From Amoebidium appalachense (Eukaryota; Protista; Ichthyosporea): DNA of 64,000 bases. Each line of letters begins with the position of its first letter. Position 1 is the first letter of the stretch. Location: contig CAVNZM010000003.1 of assembly GCA_963693365.1 (NCBI GenBank), positions 12,311,651 through 12,375,650 of the forward strand, in the 5' to 3' direction. Of the stretch, positions 1 through 19,482 are shown one piece after another. A program made the position numbers and the translations under genes. The notes beneath the pieces are model-generated. The model was not told where the DNA came from and did no database searches. It worked only from the letters and a program-made list of their open reading frames with translations.

Positions 1-994
1 TCAAGTCCTTCCCCAACGGTGACATCATCTACACTGGCAACTATGTGGACGACGTCATCATCATCTGCACGGCCCACTCTTCCCACACCAAGGATCTAGT
101 AGACCACATCATGAAGTCAGCTCTCTGCAAGGTCGACCTCCCCGACATCTTCCTCGGCACCCAGCTCATCCACACTCCCGGTCACCTCAAGCTGCTTCAA
201 CAGTCCTACATCAACGACATCGTCAAGGACTTCAACCTCGTCGATGCCAACCCCAAGGCCACCCCCATCCCCGCCGGCACCGTCATCACCATTGACGAGA
301 ACATCGACACACTACCCACCAAGGCTCCCTACCGTGAACTCCTCGGCCGTCTTTTGTGGGTTGCTCGTTGTTCCCGGCCCGACATCTCCTTTGCCATCGG
401 CTACCTCGGCAGATTCAGTGCCAACCCCACCAAACTCGCATGGGAATGTCTGCTCCGTGTGGTTCGATACCTCAACGGCACATCCAACCTCGGCCTCCAC
501 TACGACAAGTCTGCATCCGACGACAACACCCCCTTGCTGGAGTGTTATTCTGATGCTGACTTTGCTGGCTGCCCCACCACCCGTCGTTCCACTACCGGCT
601 ACGTCATCCTCTTCAAGGCATCCCCATCACGTGGTATTCAAAGCTACAGTCCATCACGGCAACATCCACCACCGAGGCCGAACTTCTGGCCATCAATGCT
701 GCCGTTCAAAACGTCATCTGGCACCGTGATCTCCTCCGTGAACTCGGCTACCCGATGACTGACCCCACCCCCGTCTGTTGTGACAATCAGTCCACCATTG
801 CCCTCCTCCACACCAACAGCATCAAGCACCGGACCAAACACATTGCCGTCCGGTACCACAACACGAAGGACTACATCAAGAGTGGGGATGTGGTCGTCAC
901 CTACGTGCCCACCAAGGACAACGTGGCCGACATCTTCACCAAGGCGCTGCCCTCCCTCGAGCAGCACCGTGGCTCCCTCAATCTCCTCAAGTAG
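1..994 (+). mobile_element. Ty1/copia RT C-terminus plus RNase H, 5'-truncated by the window edge, one frameshift near 616
   Basis: Motifs YVDD, PYRELLGRLLWVARCSRPDISFAIG, YSDADFAG, CDNQSTI, RTKHIAVRYH and NVADIFTK. The frame switches at AAGGCATCC (KGIPITWYSK). Confidence 0.95.
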
Positions 995-1459
995 ATGTAT
1001 AACGTCGCACGTGCGGCAACACGTCAGTACGTGTTATCTATAATGTTGCATTTTGGACGCCGGACAGTTGCCGCCGCCACAGGACTGCCGCTGTCGAGTG
1101 TGAAAGGGGGAGTCTAGACTCGGAGTCACTGTCAGATGCTGCTAAAATAGATGCATCATAATTTTGAACTTTTGTCACCAGCTTAGGTGTACATGTGTTA
1201 GCGTGTGTGTGTGTCACAGTGTATTGTGTGTGTGTGTGTAGCAGGGGGGAGGAAGAGAGAAGACAGGGGCTCCGAGGGGGAGGGGGGGGGGGGGGGAGGG
1301 GGGGGGGGATTGCGTGTATGTGGACCTGTGTCTGTGTGTGTGAGGGTCTGTGTATGTATTTCGTGCTCACGCACACGTGTGTCCTTGGTGAGCATAAGCA
1401 TCGTGAACTTTCTATGTTTTATCCTACACTTTGTTTTCTGTGCGGCGCGACGCGGAGCC

Positions 1460-1492
<33 letters not shown>

Positions 1493-1864
1493 TGTAATTG
1501 ACATTTATTGTAAACTATAACTGGAACAATTGCAGCTATCTACAGCGGCTGGCTGTACAGCATGTCCATAAGTGAGGTGGATGTGCTTGACTAGGCCGTA
1601 TTTTGAGTTAACACCTTTTTTGACGAATAGAAATCACTACAGTAAAACAACAACCAATCGCTCTGAAACGAACACAAACATGTAAAACATTGGCGTTAAG
1701 GCCAACTGGACCCACTTCCCTCCATATTCAAAGACAAAGTCTTCAAAATAAATAGCAGGTGGGACTGATAAAAATAAACTCAAACATACCAAACGGCAAG
1801 GAAAGTGTTCAGTTTGATGTGTCATGGATATTAAAAAAAAAAGGTAACTTCTGAACGAAACCAA

Positions 1865-1956
1865 TCATTTTGGGATCTTCTGAGCAAGGCGATCCCACCC
1901 GTCCTTCACAAAGGCACTGTTCTGTGCCTCGTAGTAGGTCCAGGCGGAGGGGTGGC

Positions 1957-2029
<73 letters not shown>

Positions 2030-2290
2030 CGTGAGCGTGCGTGCGCGTGCGCGTGTGCACGCGCTGTGTGCATCACGGTGCGTATGCATGAGTATGTGGG
2101 TGCCACAGTAGGTGTGCACACACGTGGGGGCAAGAGGGGGGGGGGGGGGGGGGGGGGGAGGGGGGAGGGGGCGGGGAGGGGCGGGACTGTTAGAAAGCAC
2201 TTCACATTACGGATGATGAAATGCGCAACATAGGGCACGGTTTGTAACTCAACAAACTGCATCCCCTAGGGAGCCACAGGAGGGGGCCTT

Positions 2291-2328
<38 letters not shown>

Positions 2329-2549
2329 GGGGTAGTGTTACACAGACGGAGCTCTCTTTAGAATTACAGGTACATGCTACACGATGCAAAGCACAAGGGC
2401 ACACAACGAAAGACCCTGGCACATAGCCCAACAAAGAAACATCAATGGTGATATAATCTTAGCTGGCGCAGTTCAACATGCACAAACAGCCCCTTACCAG
2501 GTGATGGCGGTGGGCAAAATCTGCTAGTTTCCAGCTGCGACGCTTGCTG

Positions 2550-2633
<84 letters not shown>

Positions 2634-3209
2634 GTTTGTGTGTGTGTGTGAGCGTGTGTGTGAGCGTGTGTGTGAGCGCGCGCGCGCGTGCGCGCGCGTG
2701 TGTGTGTGTGTGTTTATGTGTATGTGTGTGTGCGTGTGCGTGAGTGAGGATGCGAGTGAGAGTGTGAGTGAGTGAGTAAGTGAATGTGTTTCCCGGGGGT
2801 GGTGATGGTGGTGGTGTTGTCTGGGGGAGAAAGGGGAGGGGTGTGTGGGGGGAGGGGGAGGGGGGGGGGGGGGGGGGGGGGGGTTAGATGGTGAAGGAAG
2901 ACAGAACTATGTGTAGGAATTGCGGCCATGTGCCCATGCAATTCAATAGCCGTAAGCGAAGGAAAGGGGTTTGGGGAGGGGTGTGCAGGGGAAGGGGGGG
3001 GGGTAAGAGGAAGACAGCCTGAGAGAGAAAAGAAGCTCGACAAGTGGGAGCAGGGGAAGAGAGACAGAGGAAAAAAGGGGGACGGTGGGCAACGATGTAT
3101 TGCATATAAGGTGGTAAAAAAGTGAAAGCAAACCAGACAGCAGGAGACAAAATTCGAAGCCTAAAATCGAGGAGAGCGTGGTGGACGCGTTGTTGGGTGG
3201 GTGGTGGAT

Positions 3210-3302
<93 letters not shown>

Positions 3303-3507
3303 GGGGGGGGGGGGGGGGGGGGGGCTCAAAGAGGGGACACATACTCAGCATTAGCCTTTGAGTGGGGCTCTGATGCAGGGTCGATCTTTGCGGGCTGCTT
3401 GTAGGCTGCAAGCACATAGCGGTGCAGCCCGGAGCTGGGCGGGGGAAGAGACCCAATATACTGTGGGAAAACAATTGAAAAAAGGGAAAAGGACGAAAAA
3501 AAAAAAA

Positions 3508-3543
<36 letters not shown>

Positions 3544-5065
3544 GGGAGGGAGGCGGGGAATGGAAAATCAGATTCGATGTTCAGGAAAGGCCGTCTTTGC
3601 CCCCCTCCCCCCCCCCCCCCCCCCCCCCCCCCTTCTTCCCCTCGCCTAAAAAAGAAAAAAAAAGAAAGGAAAAAAAAAAAAAAAAAAAAAAGACCACCCT
3701 ACGCCTTCCCTTACCAAAAACCTCAAAACAATGCTGTCGAGTAGGGGCCCAATATCCTCTCTCTTCCTCTACTCCTCGTGGTGTGCATGGGTCTAGTGGA
3801 AGAAAGGGGTTAAGCGATTTGGGGAGGGGGACCGGCTACGGAGAGGGGAGGGGGAGGAGCAAGAGAGAGAGACAGAGAGATAGAGGGACAGCACAAGACA
3901 GAGAGAGAGGGGGGGGGGGGAGGGGGGGGGTAACGTGTGGGTAGGGGTTTCAGTGTGTGATTGACTTTACATAATCCAAGGGGTGAGCAGCATGAAGGAA
4001 TGCTGGTGTGTCTCACAGGGGAGAGAGCGGGGAGGGGGAGAGGGAGAGGGAGGGTTGTTGGAATGCTGGTACACAGTACGAAGTATACATTCACAAAGGG
4101 GTAATGTAACACAAACGCACACGTGTGCAATCGGTGGTGGTGGTGGTGGTGGACGGCATTTTTCGCGAGGGAAGAGGGGGGAATGGGGGGGGGGGGGGGG
4201 GGGGGGGGGGGAGGCAATGGTAAGGGGAAAGATATTCAATGTAAAATTTAAAAATTAGATTTACAGCAAGATAATCAACAAAAACCACAATGGCGCCCAC
4301 CTCGGCGATGGTGTCTCCCCCCTGCTCCAGCTTGCCCCCGGGCACATTCACCACCACCCAGTGCAGAAACTCTCTGAATTTCGGTTCGGCCCGACTCGGT
4401 GCATCCGGGTCGGTCATGACGATGGTGTAGAGGGAGTCCGGTTCGGCAAGGGGGATGGAGATGGTGGGTTGGTCCCATACTTGCTCGGGTGTGAGCTCCT
4501 GAAATTCCAGCAATTTATTTCAGTCTCTCTCTCTCTCTTTCTTTTCTTTCTTCCCCCATCCCTTCCGTCCCCCCCCTCCCCCCCCCCCCCCCCGGGGCCT
4601 TTCTTCTTATTTCATTCCCTACCCCCCCCCCCCCCCCCCAAAAAAAAAAAAAAAAAAAGAAAGAAAGAAAGAAAGAAAAAAAAAAGGCACGCCACTACCA
4701 AAGGAGCGCAGAAATGGGGAGAAGCTGGGTGGCTGTTGATACCGGAAAGGGGATGGATTTTATGTGTATAGACAACCGTGATAAAAGTGGAGGCAACACA
4801 ATTTGTCATTAGCCTTTCTGATACCAGATACGTGCTAAGCCTGCAAAGGAATTGTTAGGTAAAGCACCTCCATCATCCATATCGACTCAAGGAAGGTGAG
4901 GGTCTCATGAATTTAGGCAACACCAGTTGTTTATTCAGCCAAAACATAAAAACATAAGCGAAAAAACGGGAAATACCGTACCTCGCCAGCTTTGAGCACG
5001 TGGGTCCCAAAAGTGACGCTGAGCAAAGGGGCTGCAAAGGCCTCTGGGAAAACGTCAGGGATGAG

Positions 5066-5120
<55 letters not shown>

Positions 5121-6257
5121 CGTGTGTGTGTGTGTGTGTGTGTCCGTGCACATGTGCGTGCACTCTCATATGCGTGTGCATATGCAAGGATGTGTGGTTG
5201 TGTAGAAAGTATTATGAATATGTACATGGTGAGTGCAACCAACATGTCTATCTGGCCTGTGTATGTGCGTATTAGCCCACACACCGTAGTCAAACTCACA
5301 AGGTCATAACTTCCATTCTTGAATTGCAACGATTGAAAACTGCTCAAGAGATGGCATGGTGTTGGTCAGTCTAGTGTGAAGTATGTGAGCAAGTTTCAAC
5401 CTGGGTGATGTCTGTAACAGGAGAAGTGCACGACAACTTGTGTGTCCACGCCGCATAGGATCAGGTTTGAGTCACAATCAATGAAAGTCCACATGAACCC
5501 CAGGGAAATTTTGTGGGAATATAAGATGAATAACTGCTCCCAATAAGCAAGTATTCTGCCCCTAGAATCTACAATAGGATCACGTCCATGGTCGCATGCT
5601 CATGTGTGCTTAATTGGCCACAAGACCTGCCCATATCAAACTTTTAGAGGTGAAGAGTTGTGTTTTCAGTACCAGCACAAGAAGTGTGGATCTTACTCAT
5701 TAACAGTGACAAACAGGAGGCTCTAACTAGATTCAGCAAAGAGAAAAGGTAAAATGAGATGCAGAGACGAGGAGGGGAAGGGGGGAGGAGATGGGAGGGT
5801 GGGGGGGTAGGGGGGGGAAGGGGGGGGGGGAGGTAGGGGAACGACTCAGTTTACAAGAAAAGGATGGTGGTTGGACGGAAAACAAAGAGAAACTCCAGGC
5901 GGGAGAAAGAATGAGGGGGAGAAAGAAAAATGTCCGAGGGAGAAGCCAGGGTTCGGGAGGGGAAGGAGGAGAGTGGGAAGGGGGGGCGCAGGGGGGGGGG
6001 GGGGGGGGAGGGGAGGGAGGGGGAGGAGGGGGGGGGGGGGGGGGGGCAGGGATTGTATACAACAGAATTCCTTTTTGTAAAACCACACAAAGCTTCGCTT
6101 CTACAGAAGAAAACCCAAAAAAATAAGAAAAATGAGAAAGGGTGCTGCTTACCCCGTGTTCCTTTGGAGGTGTCATGGTTGCGGTGTAGAGAATGAGCAG
6201 GAAGCCAGCAGCAGCCAACAGTAGCAGTTGTAGTGGAGTACACCGAAGGTGTAACAT
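1865..6257 (-). CDS. PEBP/RKIP-family protein, about 214 aa, with an N-terminal hydrophobic segment. Exons 6257-6153, 5065-4982, 4498-4301, 3460-3345, 2546-2498, 1957-1865
   Basis: Spliced product contains [73 protein letters not shown] and YYEAQ. Phases are consistent. The last acceptor reads CG instead of AG. A further upstream exon at 6574-6497 is possible. Confidence 0.9.
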
Positions 6258-6576
6258 CAAGAGGTTACTGTGTGGGTGGGAGAATAGGATGTTACTGTGT
6301 GGATGGGAGGGGAGATCTGTATATTTCAGTACTCACGACGTAAACGTGAAATTAAATATGTGACTCGTGAGAAGGTGACGGTCGCTTCACGGCAGACTAG
6401 GAAAAAAAAAAGGCTCGGATCCGGAGAAAAACGACTGAGCCACTCAGTGAGCCACGGTGAGTTTTGCGCAAACACACCTACCAAAAAAGGCATTACCGCG
6501 AGTTGAATATTTGCCATGGCCCAGTGCACGTGCGGATTCCGGAACCGGGGAGGGCTGAGGGGTTGGGTGGCCAGCT

Positions 6577-6644
<68 letters not shown>

Positions 6645-7296
6645 TGTCGTGCGTGCGCGCGTGCGTGCGTGTGTGTGCGTCACGGTACACCCGTACAGTA
6701 GGACAATTTCTGGTCCCCGAATATGATCAGATTTCAGATTCGATGATCATAAATGAGAATCGAGAATATCAATGAAGTCACTATAAAAAAATAAAAAAAG
6801 GAAAGTTCAAGTGTCACTCAAGGGGATTAACAAATTGTAGGCTATACTATGTATGTTGCAATTGCATTTATGTTACTAAGTAGGCATAGACCTTTGCGAA
6901 TGGGTCACGTGACATGATTTCACCGGCCCAAGCGATTTTGGCGGCAAAAAACCCCAGCGCCAGCCGGACCGAGGCTACCGTGTTTGTGCTCGCTCAGTTT
7001 TCACCTTCGCTATATGTTTCACTTTAGTAAGAAGGGTGAATATATTTGATAGCTACATGTTTTTATTGCTTCTGTGCAGCCTGCTTGTTTTTTTCCTTCG
7101 AGCATGGGCGTTGAAGGAAATCCCGTTGATTCCATCGTCACTGAAATATACTATGATAGGCCCGGTAGTACGTAGTTGAAGGGCTACAGCACGCATTTGC
7201 TACTGTTCACTCCGGAAAGAGGTAAGGCCAGCATTTTCTATCTCTTCATTTCTTTTTCTTTCTTCAGTTCTTTGTTTTTCTTTTCTTTTCTTTTTT

Positions 7297-7330
<34 letters not shown>

Positions 7331-8042
7331 GGTGGACGGGATCCGCAGGGGCATGTGTACGGCATGGAAGGGAAAGAGGAAGATGCTTTCACACTATATT
7401 TTACTGCATCTGTCAGCCGTGATGATTATACCCGTCGAACAAAATACTCATGGGAGCAAAGGAGGGAGATCTAGAGTTAGAAAGAAGGAGCCTCGGAGAC
7501 CCGGGCAAAAGGGGAGGGGGGAGGGGGGGCAGGGATGAGCTGGAGAGACTCTGTGACCCACACTCGGGGGCCCCGGGGGGGGGGGGGGGGGGGGGGAGGG
7601 GAGCCAAAGAAAAAGAAGAGAGGGGGCCCGGGGAGCCGGGAGGAGGAGAGGTGGGGAGGGTTAAGGGAGGGGGGGGGGAGTGGGGGGTGGCAGTGTTGCG
7701 TGCCAGCCTGTGAGCAGACACACACACGCAGTGTGTCATACACACCGTGTACCCCTCCCCCCCCCCCCCCCCCCCCTCCCCCCCCCCCCCAAACACACAC
7801 ACACACATAAACACACCTCTCCTCCTTCCTCGTTCCCTCGCTTTACCTAGACCATATCACGGTCTGCAGAGGCACAAAACGGACGCACGTGTGGAATACA
7901 CTATCTCATTTGCACCTTAAAAAAATAATCCCCCACATGCGAGGCTGGGGTGTGAACCCTGGGCTATGTGTTTTCTATTTATTAGTTTTGGTAACGGCGT
8001 GTTACCATAGCTGATTGCACCTTTAGCACCCTAATAATTAGG

Positions 8043-8132
8043 GTACAGTCGGTGCTGTGTGGAAGACGGTAGTTCCTATGAGGGCCTCCTGTGGGGATCT
8101 CTAGGGAATAAAACGGGATATAATAAAAAAAA
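8043..8132 (+). repeat. Dispersed ~90-bp element with stem-loop and A-rich tail (SINE/LINE 3'-end-like), copy 1
   Basis: gtcggtgctgtgtgg.agacggtagttcc...gggaa.aaaacgggat followed by an A-rich tail. Homologous to 20595-20660 and 20881-20985. Confidence 0.7.
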
Positions 8133-8232
8133 ATATACGGTAAAACTCACGTACACGCAAACAAACACCGCAGCGGTTGCACAGGGATACATTGCTTGCG
8201 CAATTTCTTATTAGCAGCTGAAGCAAAATGCC

Positions 8233-8286
<54 letters not shown>

Positions 8287-8399
8287 TATGTGTGTGCGTG
8301 TGTGTGTGAGGGAGAGAGAGAGAGGGAGAGCATGGGAGTAAATGGGACCACATCAAAGAGACTCTTGGAGACAGACAGACAGACAGACGCAGACAGAGA

Positions 8400-8551
8400 G
8401 AGAGAGAGAGTGAGAGAGAAAGAGAGTGAGTGAGAGAGAGAGAGAGAGAGAGAGAGTCCAGTTGTGCAAAGATACACATATCAATTCTGTGAGAGAGAGA
8501 GAGAGAGAGAGAGAGTCCAGTTGTGCAAAGATACACATATCAATTCTGTGA
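8400..8551. repeat. Local direct duplication within a (GA)n tract
   Basis: gagtccagttgtgcaaagatacacatatcaattctgtga occurs twice. Confidence 0.9.
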
Positions 8552-8734
8552 TACTATTTGTTCTGCATACTTCCATCCTCCTCCTCACAGCACCCATTGC
8601 AATCCAAAAGAATTCAGTCATCAGCAAACAAAAGAAAATTCCGAGTCGCCAAGTTGATCAATCATGTCAGCCACTGGCCAGCTACTTTTGATTCTGCATG
8701 AACTGAGGCCCGGAAAAAAAAATTAACCCCTACA

Positions 8735-9085
8735 ATCAACATTAAAACTCGCTCAATTTTTTACATTTTAGCCTGGAAGCCACAATCGAAAGTACAGCTT
8801 CTAACATTTCAGCCAGCTACAATCAAAATAAAAACTCGCTAAAAGTTTAACATTTTTACCAGCTACCAGCACACTTAAAAGCTCGCTCACATTTTTAACA
8901 TAACGGGCTCACATTTTTAACACATTTCAACCAGCTACAATAAAATCAAAATGCGCTCACATTTTTAACATTTAACCAGCTACAATCAGTATTAACGCTC
9001 ACTCACATATTTAACATTTTTACCAGCTACAATTCACACAAAAAAGTGTTGATATCATTAGCAACCTTGTTTTCCAGCTACAATC
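8735..9085. repeat. Degenerate ~45-bp tandem array
   Basis: Recurring unit ctcgctcacatttttaacattt(a)accagctacaatc, roughly 7 copies. Confidence 0.8.
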
Positions 9086-9493
9086 TACATAAGAACGGTT
9101 CAAAAATCTATTAATAACCAATCACCTGAACCCTGCTCACTACCACATGCTAGTATCAGTTCTACACCGATTTACATAAGCCTCACTTCACCGAATGTGA
9201 GTGGCTAGAAATTGCTCACCATTAGAACCCTAACATATACATGCCTTCAACATGAAAATTGCAATCATTCAGCTAATAATTGAAATCCCAATCGCACAGC
9301 CACGTTTAACCTCAGCCGGAGCTCAAATCATCATCAATTGCACATCCCATATTCACATTCTTTATCTCCGAACGTCTTTGAATTCCCCACCATTCCTCCT
9401 TTCCCCCGAGGCCTCCCTTATTCCCCACCCACCCACCACCTCCAACGCTACCCCTTCCTCCTTCCTCAAATCATAGCAAGCACACGTACACAA

Positions 9494-9541
<48 letters not shown>

Positions 9542-9702
9542 ACACATGCACGTGACCCTGCAAAGCTCAAGGTCGTGCCACCATCATCACTGCAATACAG
9601 CAAATGAGTTTGTGATAAAGGCACAGACCCCCCCCCCCCCCCCCCCCCCCCCCAAGCATACCTCTACAGCAAGGGGGAAAGGTTTATAAACCGACCGCTG
9701 TT

Positions 9703-15891
<6,189 letters not shown>

Positions 15892-16533
15892 CCTCTCCCT
15901 ATAAATAACTAAACAACTGTAGCAGTCTTGATTAGTTCTTCTATCTCCGAAAGTGGAAATCCCAAGTGAATGACGAAAAACGATGATGTTGTTAAAGAAT
16001 CTATTAGAAACTCTGTGACTAAGATTATCGATTCTGTTTACGTAACAATGTGGTGGCAAGCGATCAAAAGGGCATTGCCAAACAGGCATGCACGCCAGCC
16101 ACGTAAAGCCCACGAATTGGTAACGGTGTTAACGCTCCTTATTTTTTTTACACGTGTTAAAACTGTGGGTTTTGTAAACGAAGACATGCACTGCTCTAAC
16201 AACTTCAAAGACCTACAATTGGTTTGGTTGGGCCTTCTACCTAAGACCAAGCTTGGCAACCCAAATCATCAAATGTAACTGAATAATCAAGTGTTTGCTG
16301 ATCAGGCATGAATTAGTTATTATCTTGCGTATTGACATAGCAAAAGAGACAAAAGGTAAACAAAACGAACACAATTCTCTAAACTGTAGCGACTATAGCA
16401 AGTATATTCACGTGAAACTGTTTGAGGGCCATTGTGAAAGTGTTTCACTTTCAAAACGTGTGCGACGGCCCGACGGAATAGCTGCACGTTGCTGATTGGC
16501 TAGTTTCAACGTTAATCTTTCGCAGTCAACATT

Positions 16534-17346
16534 GGGGCTGTCCACACTGCGCCGAATGACTGGTTTCGGATTGACAATCCATCGGAGCTCCGATTGACAA
16601 GATTCGACCATATTTGGATTTTCCGGGAATCCATCCGATCGGCGCGTCCAGAAGTCGACTGGGCCGCTGGACGCCTTTTCGGCTCTTTTTCGGATTAACT
16701 TTCCCGCCAAAATGCAGATGGGAACCAATCACATTAGGCCATGACTTATCGTGACAGTTGAGTGCCAAAAGCCGCCGCGCGCGGCAAAATTGGTCTTGTG
16801 ATTTTGCCTTTTCACGCAGAGTCCTACCTTGATACGACAGGTCTCAAGCGCGTTCCCGAAGCGAACCAACAGATATATACCCGAGTTATTTGTGAACCTT
16901 CTTTCTTACTTACGGTCTATCAGCACACAGCAGATAATAGGAGTTTAGGTACTGAAACAGGCAGGAAATTTTTTACAAAATGCCCCAGTTGAGTGCACTA
17001 CCTTTTGTACTTTCTGTAAACAAAAATCGAACTTTATGTAGCTACGCGATATTTCATTGACCAAAATATTATAGAGAAGGCAGCCAACCATCAATCCTTT
17101 TGCGGAATAGCTATCTATGGATAATTTTTTAGGTTCGCAGGCTCCGATTGGCTCGGATTGACTTCCGGATTAACTGCTAGTTTATCCGAACGTGCAGGCG
17201 GCCGACGCGCTCACTCCAAATTTGGATTCAGCATCCATCCGAGCGCTCATCCGAATCAGTGTGGACCCCGAATCGATTGGATTCCGATCCAAATTAGGCA
17301 AATTTGGTCAATCCGGAGCGTCAATCGGCGCAGTGTGGACAGCCCC
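16534..17346. mobile_element. Non-autonomous TIR element, PIF/Harbinger-like termini
   Basis: 22-bp perfect TIR GGGGCTGTCCACACTGCGCCGA / TCGGCGCAGTGTGGACAGCCCC. Subterminal (c)ggatt(g)/aatcc(g) motifs. No clean TSD (att vs agt). Confidence 0.8.
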
Positions 17347-17899
17347 AGTAGCAGCAACCTGAGCATCATCCTGAATCATGCGGTTACGCTTCTCAAACGA
17401 GAGGAGAAAGGGGGAATCCCCATATCAGCGAAGAAAATAAGGATTTATTTATGCACCTCTGCTATCAATATAAAAAATTACTGATGCAGGAACCGGTGGG
17501 CACATGCGTCATGCATTCCAATGATTCCAGTTGGGGGAAATAAATCTCCCTAAACTAAACAAACTCGAATGCCCTCAGCGAAACTTCTGCTGCCCAAGTT
17601 AAAAGATCAAAAACATAGGAGAAGCGCTCTTAGCACACGTAGTGGTATACAAAAAGAACAGGTGCAATAACTGATACGTAGAACATTGCCACTCTCACGT
17701 TTGAGAGCAACCGGTTCTGGGTTTACACCGTGCGGCTCCTGTTTCATTCTTGAGTTTTGGGAGATAATGAAATAAGCATGAAGTATTTTGATTGGTCAGG
17801 TGCGCATCATCATGGGAAGCTCTGATTGGTCGTACTGTCCCTCACGGGGCAGCACCCAGCACCTCAGTGATACGGTATTCCCGCATTCCAGCAGCTGGA

Positions 17900-18130
17900 A
17901 TGCAGTTCCCGGGAACAAACACGGGTCGAATCCAGGGGCTAGTTCCCGGGCCAGAACCGTGGTTCCCGGCCCGAAACACTGGTTCCCGAGTTTGAAACAG
18001 TGGTTCCCGGCTCGAAACACTGGTTCCCGGGCCGATCCGCAAAACAGTGGTTCCCGGCTCGAAACACTGGTTCCCGAGTTTGAAACAGTGGTTCCCGGCT
18101 CGAAACACTGGTTCCCGGGCCAATCCGCAA
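17900..18130. repeat. ~20-bp minisatellite with higher-order structure
   Basis: Unit GAAACA(C/G)TGGTTCCCG(G/A)nnn in about 10 copies. A multi-unit block ending in (g/a)atccgcaa is repeated. Confidence 0.9.
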
Positions 18131-18659
18131 CTGAGGTCATACTGATGACGTCACACAACCTGCCACGCTGGCGCAGGGCTGGAAATTGTAGGCCGTACGC
18201 TGCCGCGTCACATGCGACTCAGCATGCGACCCCCATATCATCAGTACGTATAATGGTGCATATGGACTAAATACTAGTGAGGCTTTATATCAGGCTTTAT
18301 TATATGAAATATGTTAGTATTTGTTTTATTCAAAATGTAGTTAGAAATAATGTATTCCGCGAGCACCTGTAGCTACTTTTGCCTGCAGGCAGTGTGTAAA
18401 TATATCCGGCACCGCCCCAAAATGTGCATTACAGTACACGGTGCTCATACTTGCGATGGGAAATTCACTCCTTCCCCCCTCTCATGCCCCCCCGCCCCTG
18501 TCACAGCGCCCCCCCCCCCTCCCCCTCCCCCTCCCCCCCCCCCCCCCTCCCCCCCCCTCCCCCCCCCCTCCCCTCCCCCCCCCCCCCCCCCTCCCTCCCC
18601 CCCCTCCCCTCCCCCCCCCTCCCCCCTCCCCCCCTCCCCCCCCCCCCCCCCCCTCCCCT

Positions 18660-18690
<31 letters not shown>

Positions 18691-19482
18691 CCCCCCCCCC
18701 CCCCCAAAACACCCCCCCTCCCCCTCGCCGATCCCCCCCCCCTTACCTAGTGCAAATATATCCTGAATTGACCACAACGCATTATTATGCGTACGTATAC
18801 TTTTTTAATATTTCTCTTTTTATATAGCTATCTGTCTGTATTCTATGTATAAGTACAGAAGAAAGATTGAAAGCACGTATTTGGCAGGCTCATAGTAGGT
18901 ATGTGGTCCATATCGCTCGGCAATAATGAGGTGATTGCGGTGGGGCCTGACATAAGTGTGGCTAAGTGTGCCGTGTGAAATGGGCCTGAAATGGTGCAAC
19001 ATTTTCCGATAATATCCACCGTATATCTACATCGATTTGCATTTGATTGATGAAGAGTCATCCAGGGCTCTACACCTCTCAGGTGGCTATTGCTCAGACG
19101 GCAGCTTTTTTTTGAAAAAAAAAAGGGGGGGGCATTTAAAAAGAAATTTTGGCGACATTATCTGCATTACAATTGTAAAAGAAAGAGCAGTGGGATACTG
19201 TGTACACCATGGCCATTCACTAGGCTATCTCAGGCGGATATCTACTGAGGAAAGGTGTGTGCCTCCCTATTCATTCGCGGTCCCAAACCCCTAAACGATT
19301 GGCCAAGAGCGCACCAGGAAATACGGAATTGGAGACCCCGACACAGTGCACCACTAAACAGAACGTTTCACACCTTTTCGTGGCTTCAAAAGGCTATGCA
19401 ACCCGAGAACACACAGTTCAGTTCGCTTCCACTTTTCAAATTTGGGCCTTGGGGTAGCCTTTGGTGGGCTTGCTTTGTGAAG

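Noticed and set aside
7103-7175. Short ORF MGVEGNPVDSIVTEIYYDRPG as an integrase-like start
   Set aside because: It stops after 23 codons with no supporting downstream motifs.
17900-18130. CRISPR-like repeat array
   Set aside because: Units are contiguous with no unique spacers, no cas genes are present, and the context is eukaryotic.
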